A stretch of DNA of 64,000 nucleotides from Octopus vulgaris (lineage: Eukaryota), in assembly GCA_951406725.2 (NCBI GenBank), contig OX597816.1:177072001-177136000 (forward strand), written 5' to 3'. This document shows, one piece after another, positions 14,046 through 26,211 of this stretch. Both the position numbers and the translations under genes were made by a program. The notes below the pieces were generated by a model, which was not told the DNA's origin, ran no database searches, and worked only from the letters and a program-made list of their open reading frames with translations. Each line of letters starts with the position of its first letter. The first letter of the stretch is position 1.

Positions 14046-14909
14046 TATAAACTACCAAAAATTGAATTAATGATGTAACTACTACATAATAGTTCAATTT
14101 TCTAGAAATAGCAGTTAAATCGACCTCAAATAAAAAAACATATATTATGCAATGTAGTCTCCGATCTGCTCAGCCAGGACTGAATAGGGACTAAACAGCA
14201 ATAATGCAATTGTCATAGTCTGAGAGAGCCTCTACATAGTTGCTGAAGCTGTCAAGGGCAGCAGTCAAATCTCTCTCAAATCACCACTTTTAACATCTTA
14301 AAAAAAATTGGAGTAATGTCTGAAAATAAGACAAGATTGTCACAGCAGGAATACCTTTGACAATAGGCCTGCTTGTCCTTTGGCTGATATGGGGGTTAAT
14401 TGATAACACCAACACCACACACACACACACACACAATTACCTAAAAAGACCTTGACCTGAAACTGTAAATGAAACTAGGATTTATAAATCCTTGGGTTAC
14501 AATTATCACTTACTTAAGATTATACATATTATAATTGATCCATGGAGTAGATTACATTCAATTAAGTGGTGGTGATGGTCGGCACTAATACAGTAGATAC
14601 TTGACCTGAAAGCAATGGCATGAGTTTCATTGTCACAGATACTCAATTTCTCATTGAACTCTTAGTCCATATCATTAAATCCAGTCTTCATGGAGACAAT
14701 GTTTTCTACACTAACTATTGTTTGCCTAATCCTTTAGTGATTTGCTATAGTTTCACACAGTGTGAAAGTTTCTGTTTAAATTCATTTTTAATTGTTATTG
14801 GACTATGCACATGGATGAAGCCAAGTTAAAGGAGACATGTTATAGTGTTGGCTAACTAACTAGATTGTATATGGTTTGGTATAAATTTTTATACTATTTA
14901 TTTTGTTAA

Positions 14910-15121
14910 CCCTTCAACATTTAAATAGACCATATCTGACCAAAATATGCTACTTGTTTTATGTTCTTACTAGCCAGATCCAGCCTATCATACTCGTCCT
15001 TCAATGCCAATTATAAAATATACAATCAAAATTTCAAAAATACAAATTAATGCAGGATTAATTAAAAACAATATGAATGAAAAAGCATTACATTCAACAG
15101 AATAATCTGAATGCTAAAGGG
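14910..15121 (+). mobile_element. piggyBac-like MITE (family 2)
   Basis: TTAA|CCCTTCAACATT...AATGCTAAAGGG|TTAA; body shared with 25952, 28945, 59592 and 60727 copies. Confidence 0.85.
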
Positions 15122-15756
15122 TTAACCTATAATTGAGGTGGTTGTTGTTTAACCCTTGGTCAGACATGATAAAAGTAGGCTTATGATCAAAGACATTCCA
15201 GTCTTGACCAAGTTACCTTCCTACCCACTAGATATAGTGTCTTATGAGTTCTTCATTTTTTTAAATGGTTGATGTATGATTTAAAGAATCATCCCTCGGG
15301 ATGCCTCAAACACATGGATTCATTGTACATACTATAGGAGTCACAAGGCACTGCTCCATGTGGTCCCGCAGTTTCCATGTAACTAGGAATATTAGGGTCT
15401 CATCCGTTGTCTTGTATTCAAGATCCTTTACATGACATCCTGTTAGTTCAAAACCATGAATCTGATCTGTTAGGTCCTGCCAATAACTAAATCCACACCC
15501 TGCTGCCAATGCTTCAATTAATTGTCATTGAGGTTTAATCCTCTAATGGTTAAGGTTTTGTCTGTCTCCTACCCTTTGACCACTCCACAATGCAGGTATG
15601 AATTATTCTTCAAATTAGAGAAATCAACACCTTTCTCACCAGATTATATAGAATATTCATAAGAATTTATTCTTTACATAGACATTCTGACAAAAGTTGT
15701 GATATAAATGCTTTTGCTGTGACTATCCTCAAGCAATGTTGCATGATATGTACATT

Positions 15757-16149
15757 TATGGGAATGGAAGCACTCCGTCGGTTCCGACGACGAGGGTTCC
15801 GGTTGATCCGAATCAACGGAACAGCCTGCTCGTGAAATTAACGTGTAAGTGGCTGAGCACTCCACAGACACGTGTACCCTTAACGTAGTTCTCGGGGATA
15901 TCCAGCGTGACACAGAAAGTGACAAGGCCGGCCCCTTGAAATACAGGTACAACAGAAACAGGAAGTAAGAGTGAGAGAAAGTTGTGGTGAAAGAGTACAG
16001 CAGGGATCACCACCATCCCCTGCCGGAGCCTCGTGGAGCTTTAGGTGTTTTCACTCAATAAACACTCACAACGCCCGGTCTGGGAATCGAAACCGCGATC
16101 CTATGACCGCGAGTCCGCTGCCCTAACCACTGGGCCATTGTGCCTCCAC
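15757..16149 (-). mobile_element. Full-length SINE group A (tail type 1)
   Basis: A and B boxes; 11-bp TSD ATATGTACATT at 15746-15756 and 16150-16160. Confidence 0.95.
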
Positions 16150-16364
16150 ATATGTACATTAATAGAGATTTGAAGTAAGATGTATCAATTCCAAAAATGA
16201 ACAATGATGCTGTGGTTATTTGAGTGTTGAATGTCTGAATGTTTTTATGTGTTTGTTACAAATAACGAGCTTTCTGAATGACAGGTACAGTGGCATAACG
16301 AGTTGGTGTTGATATATTTAGGTTTGTGAAAATTAAGAAGACAAAATTTCATGGACTGTGAGGC

Positions 16365-16497
16365 CACTGGTTCTCAACCGGGAGCCATATGGCTTCTGAG
16401 GGCCCATATAAGATTTTGCAGGGTCCACACAACAAAATAGTAAATTGGGAATCCACAATGGTATTTTAAGGGACCCTGAAAAAATTTTGCTTCAGAT

Positions 16498-16549
<52 letters not shown>

Positions 16550-16798
16550 CATTATTATTATCATTATTATTATTTTTATTATCATTGTTGTTGTTGTTGT
16601 TGATAAGGCGGCGAGAAAGCAGAATAATTAGCGACTGGGCGAAAAGCTTACCAGTACTGCACCCGATGCTACGCTTTGAGTTCAAATTCCGCCGAGGTCA
16701 ACTTTGCCTTTCATCCTTTTGGGTATTGATTAAATAAGTACCAGTTATGCACTCGAGTCGATCCCCTCCCCAATGCTACCCTTGAGGTAAAATCATCA

Positions 16799-16847
<49 letters not shown>

Positions 16848-17056
16848 CATTATTATTATGTATTTGTATGTATTACAAGAAACAACGTTTTTTTCTCTAA
16901 CATTATACAAGTTACACAAGTTAATATATAAAAAATAAAATAGGAATTTAAAAAGAAGTATCTATAAAACTAGATTTTAAACATCAAATGGTGATGGGGA
17001 TCCACCAGAATAAAATAGTAACCAAAGGGGTCCATAGACAAACAATGGTTGAGAAG
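16365..17056 (+). mobile_element. hAT (Charlie-like) MITE interrupted by (ATT)n and a SINE
   Basis: CACTGGTTCTCAACC...GGTTGAGAA termini; body collinear with uninterrupted copy 53323-53654. Confidence 0.75.
16606..16775 (+). mobile_element. SINE group X nested in (ATT)n
   Basis: AGGCGGCGAG head, GAGTTCAAATTCC, GCCTTTCATCCTTT domain. Confidence 0.85.
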
Positions 17057-17060
17057 CAGA

Positions 17061-17495
17061 CCCTGTGTCAAAGGCCTCTCCGAAAAGATACAAAAGATAT
17101 GCGGCCCATATGACATCAGGACAGTATTCAAGAGTAATAAAACACTTTGCAAATATGTCCTTTGAGTAAAACCACCAATAGAAGAGAATATGACCAAAGA
17201 CTGCGTGTACTCCATCCCATGCAGCTGTGGTAGATCGTACCAAGGGGAAACATGCCGCCCCCTCCAAATAAGGGTAGAAGAACATCACTAAACTGTGACA
17301 TAGTCGTCGTCATCGTCGTTGTCATCGTCATCGTCATCATCATCATCATCATCGAAAAATACCTTAGGAGTGAGAACCCAGGTTCGAAATTTCCCCAAGA
17401 CACCTGATGAAGGCGGGAGGGTATATCAGCCGAAACATTGTGTTAACAACAAACAAGATGATGACAAATATCCGTCAATTGTAAATAATGTAAAT
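17061..17495 (+). mobile_element. Penelope-like retroelement fragment: GIY-YIG endonuclease remnant plus pseudo-LTR
   Basis: Frame from 17061 reads PCVKGLSEKIQKICGPYDIRTVFKSNKTLCKYVL*VKPPIEENMTKDCVYSIPCSCGRSYQGETCRPLQIRVEEH (VYxIPC..YxGET..RxxEH); hammerhead downstream. Confidence 0.85.
17399..17444 (+). ncRNA. Minimal type I hammerhead ribozyme (slightly decayed)
   Basis: Stem I GACAC/GTGTT, core CTGATGA 17404-17410, stem II GGCGG/CAGCC, GAAAC 17432-17436; helix III ACAT is probably CpG-decayed ACGT. Confidence 0.75.
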
Positions 17496-17578
17496 AAATA
17501 TATGATTTCTTTATTACCCACTAGGGGCGAATAAATATATGTAAATAAATATATGATTAATTCAAAACAATGAAAATA

Positions 17579-18868
17579 CGAGGGGCGTTCAATAAGTAAT
17601 GCCTCTGACCCACTTCCCATAGCAGTAGAGCTACGAAACTTGGCACAGTTATTAGTCTTTTTCTACATAGGAACCACCCAGAGTTACACATTTCTCCCAT
17701 CGTTTGATGCAGCTCTGCAGACCGTTTTTGTAGAAGACCCCAGCTTGGTCCTCCAACCACGACGTGACTTCAGAAATCAAGGCTGCATCATCTGGGAAAC
17801 GCTTTCCTTTCAAAAACAACTTCATAGCTGGGAAGAGGTGAAAATCAGAGGGTGCAAGGTCAGGAGAGTAGGGGGGATGAGGGAGGAGTTCATAGCCACA
17901 GGCCTGTGCTTCTGATCTGGCGACACACAAGTTGTGGACCGGAGTGTTGTCCTGCAGGAGGAGGATGCCTTTGCTGATCTTGCCCCGCCTCTTGATTTTG
18001 ATAGCTTCTCTTAATTTCTTCAAAAGTGAAGCATAATAGGCTCCTGTAATTGTGGTACCCTTTGCCAGGAAATCTGTCATCACTACTCCATCCTGGTCCC
18101 AGAAGACTGTGAGCATGACCTTGCCAGAGGAGGGCTGCACCCTTGCCTTCTTTGGAGGAGGTGAGTCACGGTGCTTCCACTGCATTGACTGGGCTTTGGT
18201 CTCTGGATCATAGTGATGGACCCAGGTTTCATTCTGTGCAATCAGTCTTTTGAAAAATTTTGACTCATCTTCTTGGCACATCTCCAAATTCATCCTCGAA
18301 CACTCGACGCGTTCTTGCTTCTGGAAAGGTGTGAGCAACCTGGGAATCCATCTGGCAGACACCTTTTGCATATGCAAATGGTCATGAATGATAGTTTCCA
18401 CAGACCCGGTACTAATCTTGACCTCATGGGCTATTTGGGGAATAGTTATGCGTCGATCTTCCAAAATGGCAGCCTCAACTTGATGGACAATGGCAGAAGG
18501 GGGGGCGACCAGATCTGGAAGCTGTTTCCACAGAGTTCCGACCATGTTTGAATTCACGATGCCAGCGTTTTACAAGGTCATATGATGGGGCATCATCACC
18601 ATAAGTTACTTTCATTTCATCAAAAGTCTCTCGTGGTGTGCGTCCTTTCAAATACAAAAACCGGATCACTGCTCGACACTCAACAGGCTCCATTTCACAC
18701 TTGACTCTGTTCAAACACCTGTAAATCAGAAACCACAATTAGTTCAGAGCTGTAATTTGCCACTTAATCTATAGAGATATAAATAATTGCACATTATTTA
18801 TCTAGATCAATCAGCTAGATCAATCAACTGCAAGTGGGTCAGGGGCATTACTTATTGAACGTCTCTTG
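17579..18868 (-). mobile_element. Full-length mariner (DD34D), irritans-like termini
   Basis: TA TSD at 17577-17578 and 18869-18870; 37-bp TIRs with 4 mismatches; 1290 bp; inserted in a family 2 MITE remnant. Confidence 0.95.
17652..18693 (-). pseudogene. Mariner transposase with one frameshift and first catalytic Asp changed to Asn
   Basis: MEPVECRAVIRFL start; frameshift at the G-run near 18500; motifs WIPRLL, AQNETW (normally DETW), QDN, YSPDLAPSDF with 34-aa spacing. Confidence 0.92.
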
Positions 18869-19891
18869 TAAATAAGCAATGAATTTGAGAGAGTAATCTG
18901 AATGTTAGAGGGTTAAACTGATTAGCGAAGATCTTCTGCTAACTAAAACCATATTTTTCTTCATTAAATTTTAAAAACTGATAAATGAAAGTAAAAATAA
19001 AAATATAAATACACTGTTGATAAATGAAAATTCATTGAGTGTTTTCATTAAAACAATAACCAAAATGCAATAGTGAATATTTATCTGTACTATAACCCCC
19101 ACCCCTCAAAAAAACAAAACAAGATAATTTCAATATCCATTGTCAAATAGCAAAGACTTAAATTACTATCTGTTGTTAATCCTAAGCCATGATTTAAATC
19201 AACAAGCTCAACTAAATCCATTATGTTATTGCTTTAAAACCTTCAGAATGGTAATTATCTAGAGTTACAATTATTTTTTAGGTGTAACAAATCCAACAAG
19301 TTGCAGTTCAATGAGGAAATCCAGTATGAAAAAATGAATAAAGGTAGAAATAATTTCCACTTTCAATACATAGATTCATGGAGAAGTGCTTTAAATAGAA
19401 ACATAAAAATCAATAAAATGATAATTTTTCTCTGAAGTTAGGACATGCAATTCATTGAGTCTTTTTTTGTATATCTTATTTTGTACGGTGCTACTTCAAA
19501 ATAAACCATTCACAAATATACAAACATGTACAGTATGCATAAATGGCGGTTCTTTTAGTTTGCAGATGGCAGGAGTGCAGACAAGTAGACGTATGACCAA
19601 GATATCTATGGTTTCTCAGAGATATGGCTATGGCAATGGATGTAAAGGTACATTTATGTGTATATATGTCATCATCATCATTTAGCATCTGCTTTCTATG
19701 CTGGCATGAGTTAGATGGTTTGACTGGAACTGGTAAGCCAGGGAGCTGTAACAGGTTCTAGTCTGATTTTGGCTTGGTTTCTACACTAACCAATGTAGTG
19801 TAGTGGGTGCTTTTTGCGTGTCACTGGCACAGGTGCCTTTCTATATATATCTAAATAAGTGAATGCATCTCACTACACCACATACCTCATT

Positions 19892-19994
<103 letters not shown>

Positions 19995-20438
19995 ACACAC
20001 ACACATACACTAGTGTGAACATGCTATCTTTAAGACAGTATGTTTTACATTGGTTTGATGATATCATTGTATCATATATTCCTATTGTGTATATGTTTAA
20101 GTATGCATATGGTATGCATATGCATGTGGGAAGAATGCTGGCAAAACATGCAACATGAATAAAGCTTGGACATCAATAATGAAAAAGATAAAGTAGAGCA
20201 ATAAGATGAAATGCAATTATGCTAAAAGGACAGGCATTTAAAAAGCAATGAGAAATTACAACCTAATTACTGCCAATAAATATATAATGGAAAAATTATA
20301 CAAAATGCATAAATAGAAGATGAGTAAAGCAGCGGCAGAGTTTAGGTTGCTAGTTATCTGTAGATTTACTCCAGGAACTTTGCAGAGGTGGTTGGGGTGA
20401 CAGTATTAATTAAATAGGAGATAGAATGTGTATTAGAC

Positions 20439-20500
20439 TTTATTGAGTACAACACATATTTTGAGCCATTGTTCTGGGTCTTTTCTGGTACATCAATAAA
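20439..20500 (-). ncRNA. Decayed type I hammerhead, left arm
   Basis: Minus strand TTTATTGATGTAC-CAGAAAA-GACCCA-GAACAA-TGGCTC-AAAATATGT-GTT-GTACTCAATAAA; stem I intact, core mutated. Confidence 0.5.
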
Positions 20501-20639
20501 AAAAGTCACCCTAGAGACTTGTTGTGTTGGCTTGCTTACTGCTGTCCATCAAATTTGAGAATGAATAAAAAAACAAAGAAAAATTATTGAAACACGAATC
20601 TATGCACATATTTATGTATGTTATGTATGTATATTTATG

Positions 20640-20690
<51 letters not shown>

Positions 20691-20694
<4 letters not shown>

Positions 20695-21035
20695 TGGCAT
20701 GTAAGAGAACTTTCCGTTTCGCGACCGTTGCCAGTACCGCCCCGTTTCGTGTCCGTTGCCAGCCTCGCCTGGCCCTCGTGCCGGTGGCACATAAAAAGCA
20801 CCATCCGTTCGTGGCCGTTTGCCAGCTCTGTCTGGCACCAGTGCAGGTGGCACGTAAAAAGCACCCACTACACTCACGGAGTGGTTGGCGTTAGGAAGGG
20901 CATCCAGCCGTAGAAACACTGCCAGATTTGACTAGGCCTGATGAAGCCTTCTGGCTTCACAGACCCCAGTAGAACCGTCCAACCCATGCTAGCATGGAAA
21001 ACGGACGCTAAACGATGATGATGATGATGATGATG

Positions 21036-21036
<1 letters not shown>
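20691..21036 (+). mobile_element. 3' UTR of an RTE-clade LINE
   Basis: Tandem GGTGGCAC(G/A)TAAAAAGCACC units, GTTAGGAAGGGCATCCAGC, CCAACCCATGCTAGCATGG, (GAT)n tail; the same tail follows RTE coding remnants at 48437-48760. Confidence 0.8.
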
Positions 21037-21071
<35 letters not shown>

Positions 21072-21074
<3 letters not shown>

Positions 21075-21243
21075 TGCAGGAGTGGCTGTGTGGTAGGTAG
21101 CTCGCTAACCAACCACATGGTTCTGGGTTCAATCCTACTGCGTGGCATCTTGGGCAAGTGTCTTCTGCTATAGCCCCAGGCCGACCAATGCCTTGTGAGT
21201 GGATTTGGTAGATGGAAACTGAAAGAAGCCTGTCGTATATATG

Positions 21244-21278
<35 letters not shown>

Positions 21279-21490
21279 TTGTGTGTCTGTGTTTGTCCCC
21301 CTAGCATTGCTTGACAACCGATGCTGGTGTGTGTTTACGTCCCCGTCACTTAGCGGTTTGGCAAAAGAGACTGATAGAATAAGTACTGGGCTTACAAAGA
21401 ATAAGTCCCGGGGTCGATTTGCTCCACTAAAAGGCGGTGCTCCAGCATGGCTGCAGTCAAATGACTGAAACAAGTAAAAGAGTAAAAGAG
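21072..21490 (+). mobile_element. Full-length SINE group Y
   Basis: Same structure as 13048-13500. Confidence 0.93.
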
Positions 21491-21752
21491 TATATGCACA
21501 TGTGTACCTGTATATATGAGTTTGTATACATCTATACGTCCATATGTGTGTATGTGCATGTATCTAGATGTATGTATATGCATATGTGGAAGTGTGCATG
21601 TATATGTCTGTATATATATATATGTGTGTGTATGTGTGTCTATATCTCTGTGCATGTATGCATCTACACATGAACACAAAAAATTTGTCTATTATCTTCC
21701 TTTCGCCTTTTACGTTCTTTTTTCTTTCTCAGCATAAGCTGATTATATATAA

Positions 21753-22263
21753 CTAGCAGTATCGCCCGGCGTTGCTCGGGTTTGTAAGGGAAATAACTAT
21801 ATAAGCATTTTTAGAGAGTTACTTCCTTTATAGATGCCAATTCGGGCTTTCTTAGCCATTTCTGTTTTGATGTCTTCAAGCCATGAAGTCGTTGTTCTAA
21901 AAGAACGCTGGTCTCCTTGACAATGCTTTACGACGTTGATTTCCTTACACTCCCTTCCCCACAGCTTCACGAGGGAGGGAAGAAGGGGGAGAAGCAAACA
22001 GGTGCAGCTGTGAGCGTGGACGCCAACTCCGCCGCCATCGACACACGAAAAATTATGCATTAAAATGGAATAAAAAATGATGTTAAATTATTTTTAAAAT
22101 CGTAGACTCATCGTTGACGCGCTAATACCCAGACGGGCTCGATATGAATCACGACTATAAGATACCCGAATTTGGTTAAACTGCACCGCAAAATGTGGGA
22201 GGAGTTAGGAATCTAAATCGAAGGGGACAGACACTCACACAACTAGAGTTTTATATATATAGA
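21753..22263 (-). mobile_element. Non-autonomous Helitron, long form
   Basis: A|CTAG and hairpin, GA|T; same length (511 bp) and same insert as 2049-2559. Confidence 0.9.
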
Positions 22264-22409
22264 TTTTATCTAAACTGGAATGTATACATTCCATGCTCAT
22301 ATTTGAATATTTTGCATCTCAATAATTTTTCTTTGCTTTTATTCATCCTCAAATTTGACGGGCATATAGCAGTAAGCAAGCCAACACAAGGAATCTCTTG
22401 TGCGACATT

Positions 22410-22469
22410 TTTATTGATGTACCTAATGAGACACAGAACAATGGGTTGAAATGTGTTATACTTGATAAA
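22410..22469 (+). ncRNA. Decayed type I hammerhead, right arm
   Basis: TTTATTGATGTAC-CTAATGA-GACACA-GAACAA-TGGGTT-GAAATGT-GTT-ATACTTGATAAA; core one change from CTGATGA. Confidence 0.6.
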
Positions 22470-22518
22470 GTCTAATACACATTCTATCTCCTATTTTATT
22501 AATACTATATATATACAC

Positions 22519-22822
22519 GGAGGTGCAATGGCCTCGTGGTTAGGGCAGCGGACTCGCGGTCGCAGGATCGCGGTTTCGATTCCCAGACCAGACGTTGTGT
22601 GTGTTTATTGAGCGAAAACACCTAAAAGCTCCACGAGGCTCCGGCAGGGGGTGGTGATCCCTGCTGTACTCTTTCACCACTCTTTCTCCCACTCTTTCTT
22701 CTGTTGGCCTGCTCGCTTAGCCAGCGGGGTGGCGTCATTCAAAGGCTAAAACAATGCGAACGCATTGTGACCAGCGATGTGTAACAACATCTGATGGTCT
22801 GGTCGGTCACATGATCACGTGA
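22519..22822 (+). mobile_element. SINE group A, tail type 2
   Basis: Same tRNA-like head as type 1 but a different 3' half ending TCACATGATCACGTGA next to (TA)n. Confidence 0.9.
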
Positions 22823-23017
22823 TATATATATACACACATACACACACACACACACACACAAGCACTACAATGCATTTTTAATAGAATTAAACACAATATC
22901 ATTGTAAATATCGTTATTCTATTTACATACATGTGCAGTGAAAAATTATCTGCATCTACATACATACATACATAGAAAGAATTAATTCCACTTCCTCAAT
23001 GGTACTTTGTCTTTCAT

Positions 23018-23408
23018 TGGATGGATGGAAGCACTCCGTCGGTTATGACGACGAGGGTTCCGGTTGATCCGAATCAATAGAACAGCCTGCTCGTGAAATT
23101 AACGTGTAAGTGGCTGAGCACTCCACAGACACGTGTACCCTTAACGTAGTTCTCGGGGATATTCAGCGTGACACAGAGAGTGACAAGGCCGGCCCCTTGA
23201 AATACAGGTACAACAGAAATAGGAAGTAAGAGTGAGAGAAAGTTGTGGTAAAAGAGTACAGCAGGGATCACCACCATCCCCTGCCGGAGACTCGTGGAGC
23301 TTTAGGTGTTTACGCTCAATAAACACTCACAATGCCTGGTCTGGGAATCGAAACCGCGATCCTATGACTGCGAGTCCGCTGCCCTAACCACTGGGCCATT
23401 GCACCTCC
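23018..23408 (-). mobile_element. SINE group A, tail type 1
   Basis: Collinear with 15757-16149. Confidence 0.93.
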
Positions 23409-23644
23409 TCTACACATACTAAGCATTGAAAAACACAAACATGTAGGCCACTTCATTTAAATATGGATAATAATTCCATAATGATGTTACAATAACTGCA
23501 GTGGATTCTTTGTGTTTCTTAGGTTTGATTCTAACCTAATGTAATTCAACGTATTGTAAATCTGTTTGAAACGAAGGAATTGCGTTATAAGGTAACCAAG
23601 TTTGAATTGAGTTTCAACTAAGATTTTCACAACTTCTTAGACTC

Positions 23645-23671
23645 CTAACCACTGGGCCATTGCGCCTCCAC
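23645..23671 (-). mobile_element. Isolated 27-bp 5' tip of a group A SINE
   Basis: CTAACCACTGGGCCATTGCGCCTCCAC, identical to the head of 35306-35629. Confidence 0.7.
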
Positions 23672-24880
23672 GTCTTTCATTATACCATAATCAAGAAAGT
23701 CATTCTTCAGCTGATTGAAACCAAGAATGCAGAGAGCTGGAACAAATCCTAATATAATGACTCTGCTGATTCCTTTAATAATGTATTCTGGTTCTGTTAA
23801 AGTAATTGTAACCCCCATCACTACAATTTCTGGTCTTACGCTGAAGTGACAAAATATTATTACTGCCACAGTTATGTCACTAAAGACTGAGTCTTAAGTT
23901 TTCCTCGTGCCACATTCTAGACTATAAGATTTCTAAGCTGTTTCTAGGTTCCTTATTAGCTAAATTTAGGCTTTCTGGTGTAAAAACATAGTTTACATAA
24001 TTGATATATTTATTCTTCACTAGATTACACAGAAGACATTAAGAATGTGAGGTGTCAATCATCTCAACCAACCATTCAACTGTATACTAAGGATCCAGTT
24101 ATATAAACATCTATCACTCAGAACACAACACTTCTTTATCAAGAAACAATACCTAACTTATTACATAATAACTGACAACCAACAAAATTCTAGATATTCT
24201 CTTAACCTTACAAAATAGTTTAAAGAAACCCATTGGACAATATCTGTGTGTCTGTACTATGCCTAACTAATGAGGTTTGTACACATTTTGAGGTTCAAGT
24301 TTCTTAAAAAATATGTGTTTATAATTAAGCTGGTGTTTTCATTTAAGCCCAGGATAGTGCTGATGGAGGCAGCAATTAGCAGAGTCATTACAGAGCCAGA
24401 TAAAATCTCTCTTGCAATATTTGTTCTGACTCTTGGTGCTCAGAGTTTATATCCTACCTTGGTCAACTTAGCCTTTCATCCTTTCACATCCCAAGATGTC
24501 ATACAGAGGAATTGAATCTACGACCCCATTATTATGAATCAAACAACTTAACCATTCAGCCATACTGTGTGCAATAACATGTCTAGAACTACATCATTTA
24601 ATGTGTCCCTTTTTTGAGGATGGTAGGATATGATAGAGAAATTTGGTTACTATTTCTAGTAGGTCAAGCCATCGCTTAGAAGCTCCTTCATAAACATGTG
24701 TATTCGTTTCACTAACGTAATGATTTCTGTTGTTCACTATTTTCTCATGAAGATTTTAATGATATAAATATTTGTGAAAAATTACTTCACCTTTTTGTTT
24801 TAAATGATTGGACATTTAATGTGTTTCTTCACCTATATTTGAATGTATGCATGAGTAAATATATATTGCAGACATATATT

Positions 24881-25295
24881 GCGCAGGAGTGGCTGTGTGG
24901 TAAGTAGCTTGCTAACCAACCACATGGTTCCGGGTTCAGTCCCACTGCGTGGCATCTTGGGCAAGTGTCTTCTGCTATAGCCCCGGGCCGACCAATGCCT
25001 TGTGAGTGGATTTGGTAGATGGAAACTGAAAGAAGCCTGTCGTATATATGTATATATATATGTGTGTTTGTGTGTCTGTGTTTGTCCCCCTAGCATTGCT
25101 TGACAACCGATGCTGGTGTGTTTATGTCCCCGTCATTTAGTGGTTCGACAAAAGAGACCGATAGAATAAGTACTGGGCTTACAATGAATAAGTCCCGGGG
25201 TCGATTTGCTCGACTAAAGGTGGTGCTCCAGCATGGTCGCAGTCAAATGACTGCAACAAGTAAAAGAGTAAAAAGAGTAAAAGAGTAAAAGAGTA
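24881..25295 (+). mobile_element. SINE group Y
   Basis: Full body and (GTAAAAGA)n tail. Confidence 0.93.
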
Positions 25296-25546
25296 TATCT
25301 GTGTAACTATTATATAATTACATATATAGATGAAATGTTTGAACAAATGTAAAAGTTTATTTTTATTTTATATTCTTAAGGAGACAAAAACGGTCAAGCA
25401 CTTACATATGACGTTAAATCATTTATGAGTGATGTTACATAAATGTAAACATAAATATTATGTGAAGATAAAAGCCCTTTCTATATATCTTTTACAACTG
25501 TTTCAAAAATTCAGTAGTTGGTTGATGCTATAGAATGTATAATACA

Positions 25547-25817
25547 GACACTTGCTGCCAACCGCTCATCCTGGCGCAGCGCAATCACCGTGGGAGCAGG
25601 GACAGCCGAGGAGGGACGGATTTGGTCAGCGGAGCAGAAACGTCAGATGTGTAAAGTCAGAGCCGCCTGCACCAGTAGCACTGCCCCTACCCACTTCTGC
25701 CCCACCTGTGGGAGGGGCTTCCTTGCCCGGATTGGCCTCACCAGCCACCTCCGGTCTCATGGCGGCAGTTCCATCAGATGATGTCAGTTGGTCATCTTCG
25801 AACCGAAGGACGAACAT
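25547..25817 (+). mobile_element. 5'-truncated RTE (BovB-like) LINE 3' end with C-terminal C2H2 finger
   Basis: LAANRSSWR...CPTCGRGFLARIGLTSHLRSH; TSD TATAATACA at 25538-25546 and 25818-25826. Confidence 0.85.
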
Positions 25818-25951
25818 TATAATACAAACAAGTATACATACTGATGCCATAATACACATCAACACATAAACACAACATAGTAGTGTGGTTAAATTGGAAG
25901 TGTTGAAGTGCCAAATTTTCTCTTCATAAGGATGGGTGACAAAATGATTAA

Positions 25952-26156
25952 CCCTTTAGCTTTCATATTACTCTGTCAAATGTAATGCTTATTGTTTTCA
26001 ACTAATCAATTATCAACTTGTAGCCTTGAGATTTCAATGATATGATTGTATATTTTCAAAATGACACTGTAGGTGTGAGAGGCAGGATCTGACCACTTTG
26101 AACATAAGATAGGTAGAATATTTAGGCTGGATATGGCCAGATTAAATGCTAAAGTG
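25952..26156 (-). mobile_element. piggyBac-like MITE (family 2)
   Basis: TTAA on both sides; reverse orientation of 14910-15121. Confidence 0.85.
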
Positions 26157-26211
26157 TTAAATACCATATATAAATGTTTGCCCATCTTTTGTCTTTATTA
26201 TACATTAGAGT

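Larger units (their letters stand above)
20401..22507. mobile_element. Long inverted-repeat element (~200-bp arms) with a hammerhead remnant in each arm, filled by nested insertions
   Basis: About 20402-20600 aligns to the reverse complement of about 22305-22506; interior holds an RTE tail, a SINE and a Helitron. Confidence 0.8.

Noticed and set aside
16070-16149. tRNA genes at SINE heads
   Set aside because: A and B boxes are present but run into SINE bodies with TSDs; no complete cloverleaf seen
17652-18557. Domesticated or active transposase
   Set aside because: Frameshift separates the N-terminus, the first catalytic Asp is lost, and TIRs and TSD mark an ordinary insertion
19567-19648. 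Plus-strand exon MAGVQTSRR..GCK
   Set aside because: Weak donor (GTACAT), isolated, no recognisable homology
20938-20965. Hammerhead at CTGATGAAGCC
   Set aside because: A stem follows but there is no GAAA box; lies in the RTE 3' UTR
25518-25781. Host C2H2 zinc-finger gene
   Set aside because: Single finger at an RTE C-terminus, followed by a LINE tail and flanked by a TSD
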